Position numbers and translations under genes: made by a program. The notes under the pieces are model-generated. The model had not been told where the DNA came from, did no database searches, and was given only the letters and a program-made list of their open reading frames with translations. 64,000 nucleotides of DNA from Lingula anatina (Eukaryota > Animalia > Brachiopoda): NCBI GenBank assembly GCA_051362555.1, contig CM120642.1, positions 27,528,001 through 27,592,000 on the forward strand. Direction: 5' to 3'. Of this stretch, positions 29,401-40,697 are shown one piece after another (position 1 is the first letter of the stretch; each line of letters opens with the position of its first letter).

Positions 29401-32400
29401 GTCAGAGACTACTACAACAAACAATCATTTGTGGACTTAAATATCAGGGAAGAAGACTTACATCTTGAAATCCCCCGTCTTCCCCAGTGACATAGTTATT
29501 CTCATGGAGGTCTTGGGCAGGACATCAGGGTTCACAGGAACCTGAACTCCTTTCTCCCACTCCTGGCGCCAAGGGTCACTGATGAAAATATATTCCTCAT
29601 ACATTGCTTCAGAATCTGCCACCTTCATAGCACTGATTAAATCCTTTCTGAAGAGCTGCAGATAAAAAAAAATCCGTAGAAACTAAATGACTGTGTGGGG
29701 CTAGGTTAATCACGATAGAGAAATATCTACAGTACAAATACACCTATAATTTTAATTTACATTCAAAGTTTTTAAAGATATCTATGAAGTACTGAATTAC
29801 ATCACTACACAAGGGATGCAATGCAACAAAATATCAATGATGGAAAATTGAGAGTTCTGAATCCTTCATGTTTTTATACACATTTTTTGTTGAGAAACAA
29901 ATTGCTTCACTTTACAAAACATGTTTTAAAAAGGTATTATCTCTGAAACAATTGCTATCTAAACAGCTTTAAAAGCATAAGTGTTTGCACTTTTATTCAC
30001 CAAATGTTTTTTTTTTCTTTTACAAAATTAAAACCGCAAATAATCAAATAAGAATCGCTTTTCTATGCCAATTCAAAATGTCTTTGTTCGGCCATTGTAA
30101 CAAGCATGGGGCAATCAACTGGTTCATTTCTTCATGCGCACACTCCTTACCTCTGCAGGTTTGTTGGCACCAAGCATTTTGAGACCATTTGGGGGCACAT
30201 CGCCAGTCAGCTTGGACTTACTGACAGCAGGAGAGGCTGTGGACCCTGAAACAGTTGTTAAAACTGGCATTACATTTAAAATGTTATTTCAGAAAGAGCA
30301 TGTTTCATATATTCAAAACAATTCCATAAAATACTGAAATTTCTTTTGAATGACCAATTTGTTATGTTTTAATTTTTTATCTTATTTCTAGATATGAAAA
30401 CTTTTAATGTTTTGTATTCTTGGTAACATATCTGATGATTAAGTTATTATTTAAGTCTCTATCTTTAACATTTCTTTCTTTTCAAAAAGAAAGAAAAGTA
30501 TTATTTTAACAATTTCATCACATATCTGAAATATACTACCAAGTTTTCTGTTCCCTAACACGGTTGATAAAAAGAAAAATACTGTAGCTTTGTTAATTTA
30601 ACAGGGAAATAAAGTAACTGGTATTAAAGATAAGTGGCCATTTCTAAACCTGTACACATTGATAGTCTAGAAAGATCAGCAACATTACCTCTTTTGGATT
30701 CTTCATCATCACTGTCACTCAGCCTTCTCTTCTTTGGTCTCTTTCCAATGCCATCTGCTCAAAATAAGGGTAGATTACCATTAAACTTATTCACTAATTG
30801 AAAAAACCTAGGCACTATCCAATGTCTACACTTCTAAAAGTTTCAAAAACAGAGTTATACTAGTCAGAGAATTCCCAATGATCAAATATAACCAAATTAT
30901 ACAGTTAAAAACAGAAAACCACAAAATATAAAGATATAAATGACTATCCTGAACTCTTATCTACATTTGCAGAGTCACTGGAGTAATCGCAACTTTTACA
31001 CAGCTGTGTTTTAGATAGGAGAAAATTGACAGGCGTCTACTGCAACAAATGTTGAAAGCATCAAATATTAACTCAGTTTCTGCTCTGTTGCACGTTCATG
31101 TTACAAAGCACATGCCCATCAGCATAACTGAATTTGTCTTTTTCTATATGCACTTATCAACCTAACAGAAACATCTGTTCCCTTGTTCCTCTTGCAAATA
31201 TTCATGATATTGTATACATCTCTTGGGTAGCGCTAGCAATTTTTTCACTTAGCCAAATCACCACATTTTTGTCAATTTGTTATCAAAATGGTTATAATTT
31301 GGCTAAAACGTCAAATCAAGCCCTTTTTCTTTAGCCAATTTAAGTCAGTTTTAGCATTTGGCTAAATTGGCGAGTGTTAGCACTACCCCATTATCTGATC
31401 ATATCCAAACCATTACTGCACATCCTTTTTAAACTAAATTGATTTGCCTGAGGTACAGCATGGTTACAATGACATAGCCAAGTCAAATCACAATTTAATA
31501 ACCACAAATGCATTCAGTCTTCTATCAACCATATGATTATATTTTTTTCACCAATTCTATTACAATTATTGCCATATAAAATGAAGAATATGGATAACGC
31601 TGAATGTAAAAATTGGCTGGTATGAAGAAAAAACTAAACAATGATGACAATGACACACTACCCATTTCATCAATAATTTCAAAGTTCACACTTGATCCTT
31701 TTCTCATCAAATAACATATACCATTTGATTAAATTTTGAAAATTGTTACGATTTCATTTACCAATTAACTTGTCCAAAACAGTGATGTTTTCCTTGTGAA
31801 CTTCTGTAACATACTAACAAAAACTTATTTCAAAGCAAATAAGCTCAGAGGAAGTCATATCTTGATTTGTTTCAAATCAGCAGAGTAGAAGTAATTTCCT
31901 GCCATGTTTTTCTCCAATAAGATCAATACCTTTTTGCAAACAAATTTTTCTCTAATGATAATCACAGAATGTCAATTCTGTGGTCCATGAGGGGATGAGG
32001 TTTGATTTCATCTTTTTTTCATTTTTCAATCAATATTTGCTTAGAGGTATTCTATCATCTTTTTACCACATTACTTACTCTAAAGCAATCAAAATCCAAT
32101 TGTACCACCCTGCAGCATTTCAAATAACTTTCTAATTGAAATGTTGAAAACAATTCAATGGTATGAACACAAGTTACGTTCATGAGAACTGAGAAATTCT
32201 GATAAACAAGGGGTCGTCTTTTCTCACAACCAAACAGGGACCTCTCCTGATGATTAAAATATGATTTAAAGGGATAACAACTCTTCATTTTGAGAGCCAT
32301 AAAACTGATTTTCCTAGGTAAATGAAAATATTTCCACACATTCAATTGTTTAATGATTCCAAATAGACATTCACAGTTTTTTTAAACTGAGGTTTTTGTA

Positions 32401-32633
32401 GTAATCTCTTATGAGGGTCACAATGGTCTGATGGCAAGCACAGATTTCAGAATAATTGCAATAACCACCGTTATGGTGGTAAAATGAAATTTATTATATT
32501 CAAGTGTGTTTATATTTATTGTGGAATTATGAATCTCATGTGAAGAGTTGTTATCCCTTTAATAAAATGAATTTTAGAAGGACAAACCTGCATCCTCTCC
32601 CTTTCCTTTTCCACGCTTACTTCTTCCAGACAT
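23465..32633 (-). CDS. JADE: JADE/PHF17 (rhinoceros-like) EPL1 + PHD-Zn knuckle-PHD scaffold of the HBO1 acetyltransferase complex, ~857 aa
   Basis: 14 phase-consistent GT-AG coding exons: 32633-32588, 30754-30689, 30245-30151, 29655-29462, 29208-29048, 28836-28778, 28601-28512, 28165-27984, 27745-27640, 27307-27134, 26607-26459, 25510-25390, 25163-25038, 24469-23465. Hallmarks: [111 protein letters not shown] non-coding exon probably lies upstream (donor about 33534, acceptor 32652). Confidence 0.96.
31225..31388. mobile_element. Degenerate MITE-like inverted-repeat element in a JADE intron
   Basis: GGGTAGCGCTAGCA...TTAGCCAAAT on the left versus ATTTGGCTAA...TGTTAGCACTACCC on the right; internal TTAGCCA/TGGCTAA repeats; no clear TSD. 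Confidence 0.55.
32270..32558. mobile_element. TTAA-flanked MITE (Kolobok-like termini), 289 bp
   Basis: Perfect 18-bp TIR AGGGATAACAACTCTTCA / TGAAGAGTTGTTATCCCT with TTAA at 32266-32269 and 32559-32562. Confidence 0.85.
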
Positions 32634-33534
32634 GATGTTGTTTAGTCAACCCTGGAAATAAATACTTTTTGATTACATTTTCATTTAGGGGAGGTTAATC
32701 AATTTATCAAAATAATCATCTGCATATTTTCATAATGTTGAATATACAGGACATGAAAATATTAGTCTGTGGTGTAAAACAATATTTAGTGTTTCAATGA
32801 CCAAAAAAGTAAAATAAATTAAAATAGAAATAGAGACGCCCTTTACAAATAACTACTAAGCTTTTTCATTGGAACAACTGCCTTATTATTAGAATATTTT
32901 ATAGAATTTAATTAAATATATTATGTCAATATGATCTAGGGCAAGCTGGAGTGAAAACCTATATCACTATCGATTCTTTTGGCTGTTGCATCAACATAAC
33001 ATTCATAACATAAGAACAATATTATTGTCTCTATACATGACTATAACTGACATCAATTAGCCCCCCCCCCCTTCAAATAACTCATGTCCTCAATATTGAG
33101 TTATAATCTAGGTCAGTGACCTTGTAACTTGACCCTTACTAGCCAGTGAGTAGCATACATTGTGACATTCTATGTGAGAGACCAAACCTGAATTAATTTT
33201 TTGTCAGAAATGTTAATTGTCAACAGACTTACTATTTTATTGGAATGCCTGATGTTTTTATGTCCTGTATTATGTCAGGTCAATCATATTTTGGGCAACC
33301 CGCCAAATCTCGTTCAATTCTCTGACGTATTACATTCGTCAAATAGCATTACTACCATCATGCAATTAACGCAAAATACACTGGAGTCTTATTCTTGAAA
33401 CCAAGACTTGATCGCTATAATATGTGATAGGTATATAACGGGCTGGTTGTAAAATTATAAAGCGTATGCATAGCGTAAAATGCATTTGGAGCCAAATTTG
33501 GTTAGCTCATTACGTATTCAGGCGTTTACCATAC

Positions 33535-34236
33535 CTTCGTCTTTACGTCTACAGCGTACCGACGTTCGTCGTCAGAATCTTTAGTATTTTGAGAAATAAC
33601 TAAGATCCCTAAATGACCAATCAACAAAATGTCTTCTGTTGAATGATGTAAAATATCAACATGTCTTCGGTTGGCGCCACCATCATGGCGTATTTTGCAA
33701 AATTACCATGTTTGAAAGCGTCACGTGACAGGGCGCGAGGATTTGCGTGGATTTGCATACAGAGCTGAACAGTTCTTCTAATGATTTGTTTACACCAATG
33801 TGTTTTCTTGATTTTATAAATTGAAACATTCAAATAGACATAAATATTGTAGTATGCATAGAGTGAACACAAATGTTGAATTTATTCCAATGGAAATAAT
33901 CCTTTTACATTACACTTCAGATTTAATTACCATAGCAACCACCAACCGCATCACATAAACTGCTGAAGAGAAATTAAGACGCGTATCATAAAAATTGCAT
34001 TTTTTGGCGAATATAACATTACAAGTTCACAACAGAGGGCAAAAGTTTGACAAAAGATAAGAATTTTAGAACACTTGTTTAAATTTAACCATTATTCACA
34101 GAGGCAAAGCCCTCTTTTTATGCGGAGTAACATAATCGCTAGTGCCACTGCGGTGTAAACAAAAGCCGCCATTTTAGAGGACTAGTAGAGCCAAACGTGA
34201 TAGACAATATTAATCAAGGATACCAATCTTAGAACT
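33535..34236. promoter_or_regulatory. Bidirectional promoter region between JADE and FAM47E-like
   Basis: CpG-rich. Palindrome GTCACGTGAC 33720-33729; octamer ATTTGCAT 33751-33758; X-box-like ATTACCATAGCAAC 33926-33939; forkhead GTAAACAAA 34155-34163; YY1 GCCGCCATTTT 34165-34175. Confidence 0.65.
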
Positions 34237-37200
34237 ATGGCAGAAAACAAATATGATTTGTTGCTTGTTAAGACATTAACAGATAAGAAGATCAGAGAGA
34301 AACCATGGTAGGTAAATTGCTGCAATGCTGCAAGAGCAACACTCTTAATCAGTGCGAGCACTGCGATTCGTGAATGATCAGCAATGCCTGTGGCTGTGCT
34401 GTGACCGTTCACTCACCACATTGAACCTGTCATTTTTTCATTTACATTGGTTAATATCAATTCTGATTAAATTCATGCTGTCAGTTATCTGCAAGTGATA
34501 TACACCGACCAAACCAATTTGGTCACTCTGAATTTTAAAAGTCAGTTGATCAGCAATGCCTGTGGCCACCTGTTAGCTAGTGTTACTCAAACATTGTGCC
34601 ATATCATATTACAGGTACTTTCAATGCTTTATAATTGTTTTCAGATAAAATCACTCTTTTGCCAATGGCATATGTCTTTCTTAAAATGATTATATAAATA
34701 AATTATTTTAATATCAATGTCTAATACAGACTTTACGAAAGGCCAAAAAATCTGTCAGACATTCGGTCTGACAAGCTTGAAAATTCTGTCAGACCGAAAC
34801 AAAATCTGTCAGACCAAAGTAAAACAATAGAAATATGAACCAGTATTCATGTTTTCATGTGTATTTTCTAACGTTTTATATTATCGACATTAAATCAAAT
34901 ATTAAATTTTTATATATAGGGCCTATTTATTTGTAAAAAAGTAAAATAAGAAAGAAAAAAAATTGACAAAAAATTACTTGCATAACAAGTTGTTTTTATC
35001 TAATGAAAAAGGCGTGGAATGACACAAGGACTAAAAACAATACAAGTATGAAGAATGTATAGCTAGTAATATCAAATGTATGTTAATCGTCTGTTAATCA
35101 GATAACCATTTCACCCGTTGTTTTGGACAATAACATCTGCATTGTGAAACAGCACAGTAGGGCAGTCTCTTTCATCTAATTGAAGCTTTGACAGGGACTG
35201 TCCAGCCAGCGTCTAAGTTCCTTCTTCATTTTATTTCTTTTTTTTTTATAAAAAGAAACTCAAACTGTGAGCTTTCATTAAGTTCATGTGCACTTTCTCC
35301 AACTCGGGGTCTTGAATAGTAGGCCTACATGCAGATACGTTCATATGTTCCATAACTTAAGAACCCGTAATAGAGCTGTAAGATTTATGTTGCTATTGAT
35401 TAAAATTTGATAACTTTAGTACTCCTGGCACTCGGCACACACTTTTTTCCTCTCCTACAGATCATAAGCCGCCAGGGCTTACCTTCTTTCCAATTTTAGT
35501 AAACTTCCGTTTCCCTTCCTCACTTTGTTTTCATTTATGCCACGCTATGCACCAACGAAGTGTTTTAAGTTTAACAACGTCATTTTCTAAACAAAAGGCT
35601 TATCCAAAAGTACTGTGTACGACTGATAATGAAAAAACAGAGGATCAAGTCTGTAAAAACGCAAATAGCACGAGCACATGTGTTGCGGCCATTTTGTTGT
35701 GTAGGGGTATCACGAAACCGAAAACGAGACTGTACATTACATCATCTAGGAATCCCCAACCTCAGCCAGTCACAAAATAGTATTTGTGAGTGAAACTGCA
35801 GGTTAATAAATTATGTATAATTAGCTTGGAACTCCCCAAGATTTTCATCCCGTCTCTCTTTACGAATGAAGTAAAATATATCGTCCAGAAAAGAAACAAC
35901 AACGTATTCCCTATATTTACACATTCCCAATCAGTTTGAAAACTTGCCGGACGGAAGGTCCGACGATACAGGATTTTTTATCGGACCGACACGAAATTTG
36001 CCAGGCATGTCCGACGGTCCGACGCCTTTCGTAAAGTCTGCTAATACAGTGTCTATCTTCAATACAGCAAATTATCAAACAAATTACAACTTTCTTCAGG
36101 TGAAATATTTGGAGTTGTAAAGCAATGTCAAACCAGTAAGATTGTCTTTTTTCTTCATTTGAACAGGTATAAAGAGAGGATATATACAAAATATATCAAG
36201 TCGTTGAAGCCTACAGACACATCAAAAATGTTGATAGGAAAAGACTGGATGTTTATAAAAGATGGGCTAGATGATTTCCGAGATGGATTACCACCCCAAG
36301 TAGATGATGGGGATATAATGATAAAGGTATGTCAATAATGTGCGTTTTGAAAAATTACAGTGACTTTTGTTATCATGGCATACCACTGAAATTGACAAAT
36401 ACTGAAATAACAGCTTTAAGTTTAGTATTATGAGATACAAAAAAGTATCATTACCTAAGTTATCTGTAATTTTCTTTATATTACAACCTTATTACACCTA
36501 AATAATCCTTTTTATTTGATTGTTATTGTGATGTCATGGTAATGAATCTATTTAAACAATGCGCTAGATAAGTTTGTGATTATCTTTTTCATATCTGTTG
36601 AATTTGTGTGTTAATTACAGTCAAGCAAAGGACCAGCTCCAAATCTAATGGGCAGTGAGCACAGCACCCCAGTCAAACAGCCAGCACAGAGGAGGAGGTT
36701 CAATAAATATGAAGTTTGCTACTCTAGAGTGACACCACAAATGCAGAAACGCAGGGAACATATAGATGAGATAGAGTATGGATTAACACAGCACCCCTTA
36801 GCTTTATATCCCCATTTAGAGGAATGCATGCCACCAGAGGTAAATTATTTTTAGTAAAGCCGCCTGTATTATAACCCCACCCTTTAATGCAGCAAGTGGT
36901 ATACCTAGAATTTTAACAGAAATTGATCTTAACTATACTCATTTTGTTGAAAAATGTGCAGTCCCACAACAATTGTGCATCTGTTGTTGAAAATATACAA
37001 TGGAATATGACCTTTGTTAAAAGTGATTCATTCATTATTATTGTGATGTCATCATTTTGTTGCCATGGTCATAAGTACAATCAAACAGTGACTTGCAGAT
37101 AATGAATAAGTTTAGATCTATTTAATCAAATGTTTTTGCATGTCTTTTGGTTTATAATTTCAGTTATTTGAGGAGGTGGTAGATATCCTAGATCCTGAGA

Positions 37201-37433
37201 TGAATGTGGATCCTGGCGATGAATCTGATGACAGTGAATCAGAAAAATCAGAATCCATGGACCAAAAAGTTGATGAGGAACCACAGAATGAGCAGGAAGA
37301 GATGTAAGAAAATTATATGTACAATTCAAATATGTAACTTTTCATAATATTAGAAATGTGCTTATTAAAATTTTTATGTGTTTAGTTTTGTATAATATTT
37401 CTACCTTGCATGTGGAGACTGAGATTAAATTGT

Positions 37434-37481
<48 letters not shown>

Positions 37482-39560
37482 AGGGAGGATGATAGGATTA
37501 GAAACCCATATAGATGGTTGCCAAGAAAAGAAGAAAAAGAGAAGAAAGATAAAAAGAAACAAACGGATAAGAGGCCAAGTTCTCCATCACAGGTAAAAAA
37601 TGCATATAAAATTTGATTTTTTATATAAGGATTTGTTATTGCATATGACACTGATTTTATTGCATATGACACTGATTTTATAATGATTGTGTTGCATAGA
37701 AATACTTCAGTTGGTTTGGTGTTATAATTTGTCATTGTTTACTTTCAATTTTTAAATTTCAGACAGTTTTCAAATGTATTGATAATACAACTTACAAATA
37801 CATTATTCATGTGAGAAAAGAAAAAATTGATTAAATAAACTCCTTGCACATATTTTTATATGAAAGAATTGGTTGTTTTTCTTTTAAGGATGAACACATC
37901 AAAACAGTTACCAAAGACTTCTGTGATTGGGTGGCAGGCTTAGGAGGAGAGAGCAATAAAAACAACATAGAGGAGTCAACAATTACTAGTTTATTTGCCA
38001 GTGGATATGAGACCAAGCCAGCTTTGTCTGTTCCAATCCATGTTGTAGAGTTAACCAATGTGCCACCAGAGTTGAGGCAGTCGGCAGCAGTGCCACTAAC
38101 ACAACAACAAAATAACAAAAATTTGCCAACAGCAGAACAAGTTAAAAAAGATTGGGTAAGTCAGACCATAATGCATTTCTTTCAAAGCATGGATTTTACT
38201 TGTGATACATCATACTAGTCAAGCATTGACATCATGCTTCTATTTGCTCAGATTCAGACATTGTGACATGTGATGAATTATTCAAAATTCATTTATTCCC
38301 TAATTTTCAAATAGTCTTTTGTTGCAAGAATATAAATTCAACAAAATAATGGGATGCTATCTAACTTAATTACAGTTACTATCTTACACATTTGCAGTCA
38401 TTTTTAATGATGGCATACAAACATAAAGTCCAAGTTTTATTGATTGATTGACTGCATAGTGAGTAATGTTTTCTAATATACAGTAATTGCCAGTGTTTTT
38501 AATAACTCAACTTATGGTTATTTTATTTACTTTTTGTTATCCAGATACATTCAGGAAATTATGAACCAAGCTGGGTACCTCATAAATATGGTGCTTGGTA
38601 TTTACCCACAAAACTTTGGCAAAAGCGCCCAGTAGATGAACCACTTCAGGATCCTAAGGCATTGAAAGATTTAGAAAAATCAGAAACTAAGAAAAAGAGC
38701 AATGAGAAGGTAAGGATTAAAGTTAGTTAATAGTTGTTTTGATAAAAATGCTTACAGTAATATTCTCCCTTATTTTGGTAGTAAAAAATCTAAACAAGCT
38801 TAAATTATTTACTAAATTTAGACAGATTTAACTAGCTTAAATGTCTAATTTGAAGTTGTTTTACAATTCAGCTAAATATTATATAATATAAGAAATAAAA
38901 TCAAATTTATTACCAAATAGTCTATAGATATTAAAAGAATTAAGCAAAATTTAGACAGATTTAACGGTACTATGTTTGCATGTTGATGTGTGTCAGGCAT
39001 TTTAGACTGAAATACTAAAGCAAGGATATTATATGCTGAATTATATGAAATGATTAATTAGATGATTTTAAATTCCATTTAATTTCAGGATCATGAATTG
39101 GCACCTCTCCATGGCTCCAAAGCATTTATGGATTTTATTGATAGGAAAAAAGTAGTGAGAAAACCAGAGGTAGGTTTGACTTGCTTCTGAAATTGTGTGC
39201 AAAAAAAAAAAAAAGAAAAAAAAAAAAAGGCACTATTTTGTGGAGAAATGGAAAAGTTCATTTAAACACATCTGGTACAAGTTAAGGTATTAGTTCATTA
39301 TAAATGGGAATGCCCTAAAGATAAATATAGCGTTGTGACATATATTGCAGTACAAATATGTTGGTTAAATTTACAAATAATTTCATGCATTAAAAAGACA
39401 GAATGTCTTATAGCTCATGATACTTCTCTCTCTTCAGTTTCTCATACATGTGGCAGAGATACAAAGAAAAGCTGCAGAGGAGGAGGCAGCCAAATTATCT
39501 GCTGAACAAAACAAAAGCAGACGGCATAATACGGCTATATCAACTCCAAGCACAAGATAG
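34237..39560 (+). CDS. FAM47E: FAM47E-like protein, ~444 aa
   Basis: 9 phase-consistent exons: 34237-34307, 36167-36326, 36621-36839, 37164-37303, 37484-37592, 37889-38155, 38545-38709, 39089-39169, 39438-39560. FAM47 family motifs: PWYKER, WMFIKDGLDDFRDGLP, LTQHPLALYPHLEECMPPELFEEVVDILDP, FCDWV, KYGAWYLPTKLW, LHGSKAFMDFI...KPEFL. Confidence 0.9.
34727..36040 (-). mobile_element. Internally deleted hAT-like DNA transposon (1314 bp) in FAM47 intron 1
   Basis: Perfect 17-bp TIR CAGACTTTACGAAAGGC / GCCTTTCGTAAAGTCTG. 6-bp TSD CTAATA (34721-34726, 36041-36046). Subterminal GTCAGAC/GTCCGAC repeats. Minus-strand remnant TLAGQSLSKLQLDERDCPTVLFHNADVIVQNNG (35212-35111) is reminiscent of ZNF862-like hAT transposases. 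Confidence 0.85.
37433..37480. repeat. (TTTA)n microsatellite abutting a FAM47 splice acceptor
   Basis: About 12 TTTA units immediately before AAG|G at 37483/37484. Confidence 0.9.
37636..37680. repeat. 21-bp tandem duplication
   Basis: TTATTGCATATGACACTGATT x2. Confidence 0.85.
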
Positions 39561-39996
39561 TTCATATTCATATTATTTGCTGAATTCATCAGTTTTTAAT
39601 TCATCTGACATCTCCATCATCAGTGACTTATTCATGAATTCATTTTTATGAAAATATGTAATATAAAAAATTGTAAGTGTATCATCTCATTAGATATCAT
39701 TAAATGTTGCCATAAACTGTAGAAAAGCATTAATTACTAGACTATATCCCTTTCAGCATATGAAATTTGAGAGAAACAAATGTATAGTTGTTCATGTTTA
39801 TACAATTGATTAAAACTGCTGGACAGTTATAATATTGTGATATAATTATAATAGTGTGTAAAGCAATTAAGGTTAAGAAATGAGAGTAAAAGAGTGTTGA
39901 TGTATTGTAGATGCTAATAAATGAGAGTATAATGCTGAGACCTGACAGGAGTTTCGGTTGCTTTCTCATTATACACAAGTAAATAATTTTAAAAGA

Positions 39997-40108
39997 AATT
40001 GCAATTTTTAATTAATTTTACTTTTGGATGAGCATTACAACATGCATTTTGTAATTGCAATTTTTAATTAATTTTACTTTTGGATGAGCATTACAACATG
40101 CATTTTGT
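39997..40108. repeat. Perfect 56-bp tandem duplication
   Basis: AATTGCAATTTTTAATTAATTTTACTTTTGGATGAGCATTACAACATGCATTTTGT at 39997-40052 and 40053-40108. Confidence 0.92.
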
Positions 40109-40697
40109 TAAAACAAGACAAAGAATGCTATGTTGTTACTGTTGCTTAAATTTTTTACGCTAGAGAAAAGCACTATTTGAATTCATCTTTACATATATCT
40201 AGATATTCAGGCCTCTGTTAAATACACCGCAATCGAACTAAAAACAAATCTATATCTTGATCTGGAATGACGTTGTGCTAGTTTGTTAGTATTATTTGGG
40301 CTTGTCTTGGGCATCCTTGACCCTATGCAGTATTCACTGGCCAGGAAACTTCTTTGATCGAAAATATGTAAAGTTGTAACCTACAAACTAAAAATTCATA
40401 TTTTTGTTCTCCTTTATCAAATCATTTACACATTATTCAAGCTTATATGATTTTAGATACATATTATGGCAAACCCTGTGCCGATAATGTCCCAACCGAA
40501 ACAGAAAAATCGCCATATGGGCCATGAGTAGTAGCCAACATGGCAGCCTACAATCGGTAGCTGAAGCGAAAGATCAATCATATTTTGTACTGTTCTCTCT
40601 TTTTCGCTTAACAATAACGGTGAATTCTTCGTTGACGGAGGATAGGGAAACTGGTCAAGTCCTTTGCCAAATCAAATCGTAAATTTTTACATACAAT

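Noticed and set aside
34375-34566. 20-bp direct repeat TGATCAGCAATGCCTGTGGC (34375-34394, 34547-34566)
   Set aside because: Only two copies with no array or element structure; not CRISPR-like.
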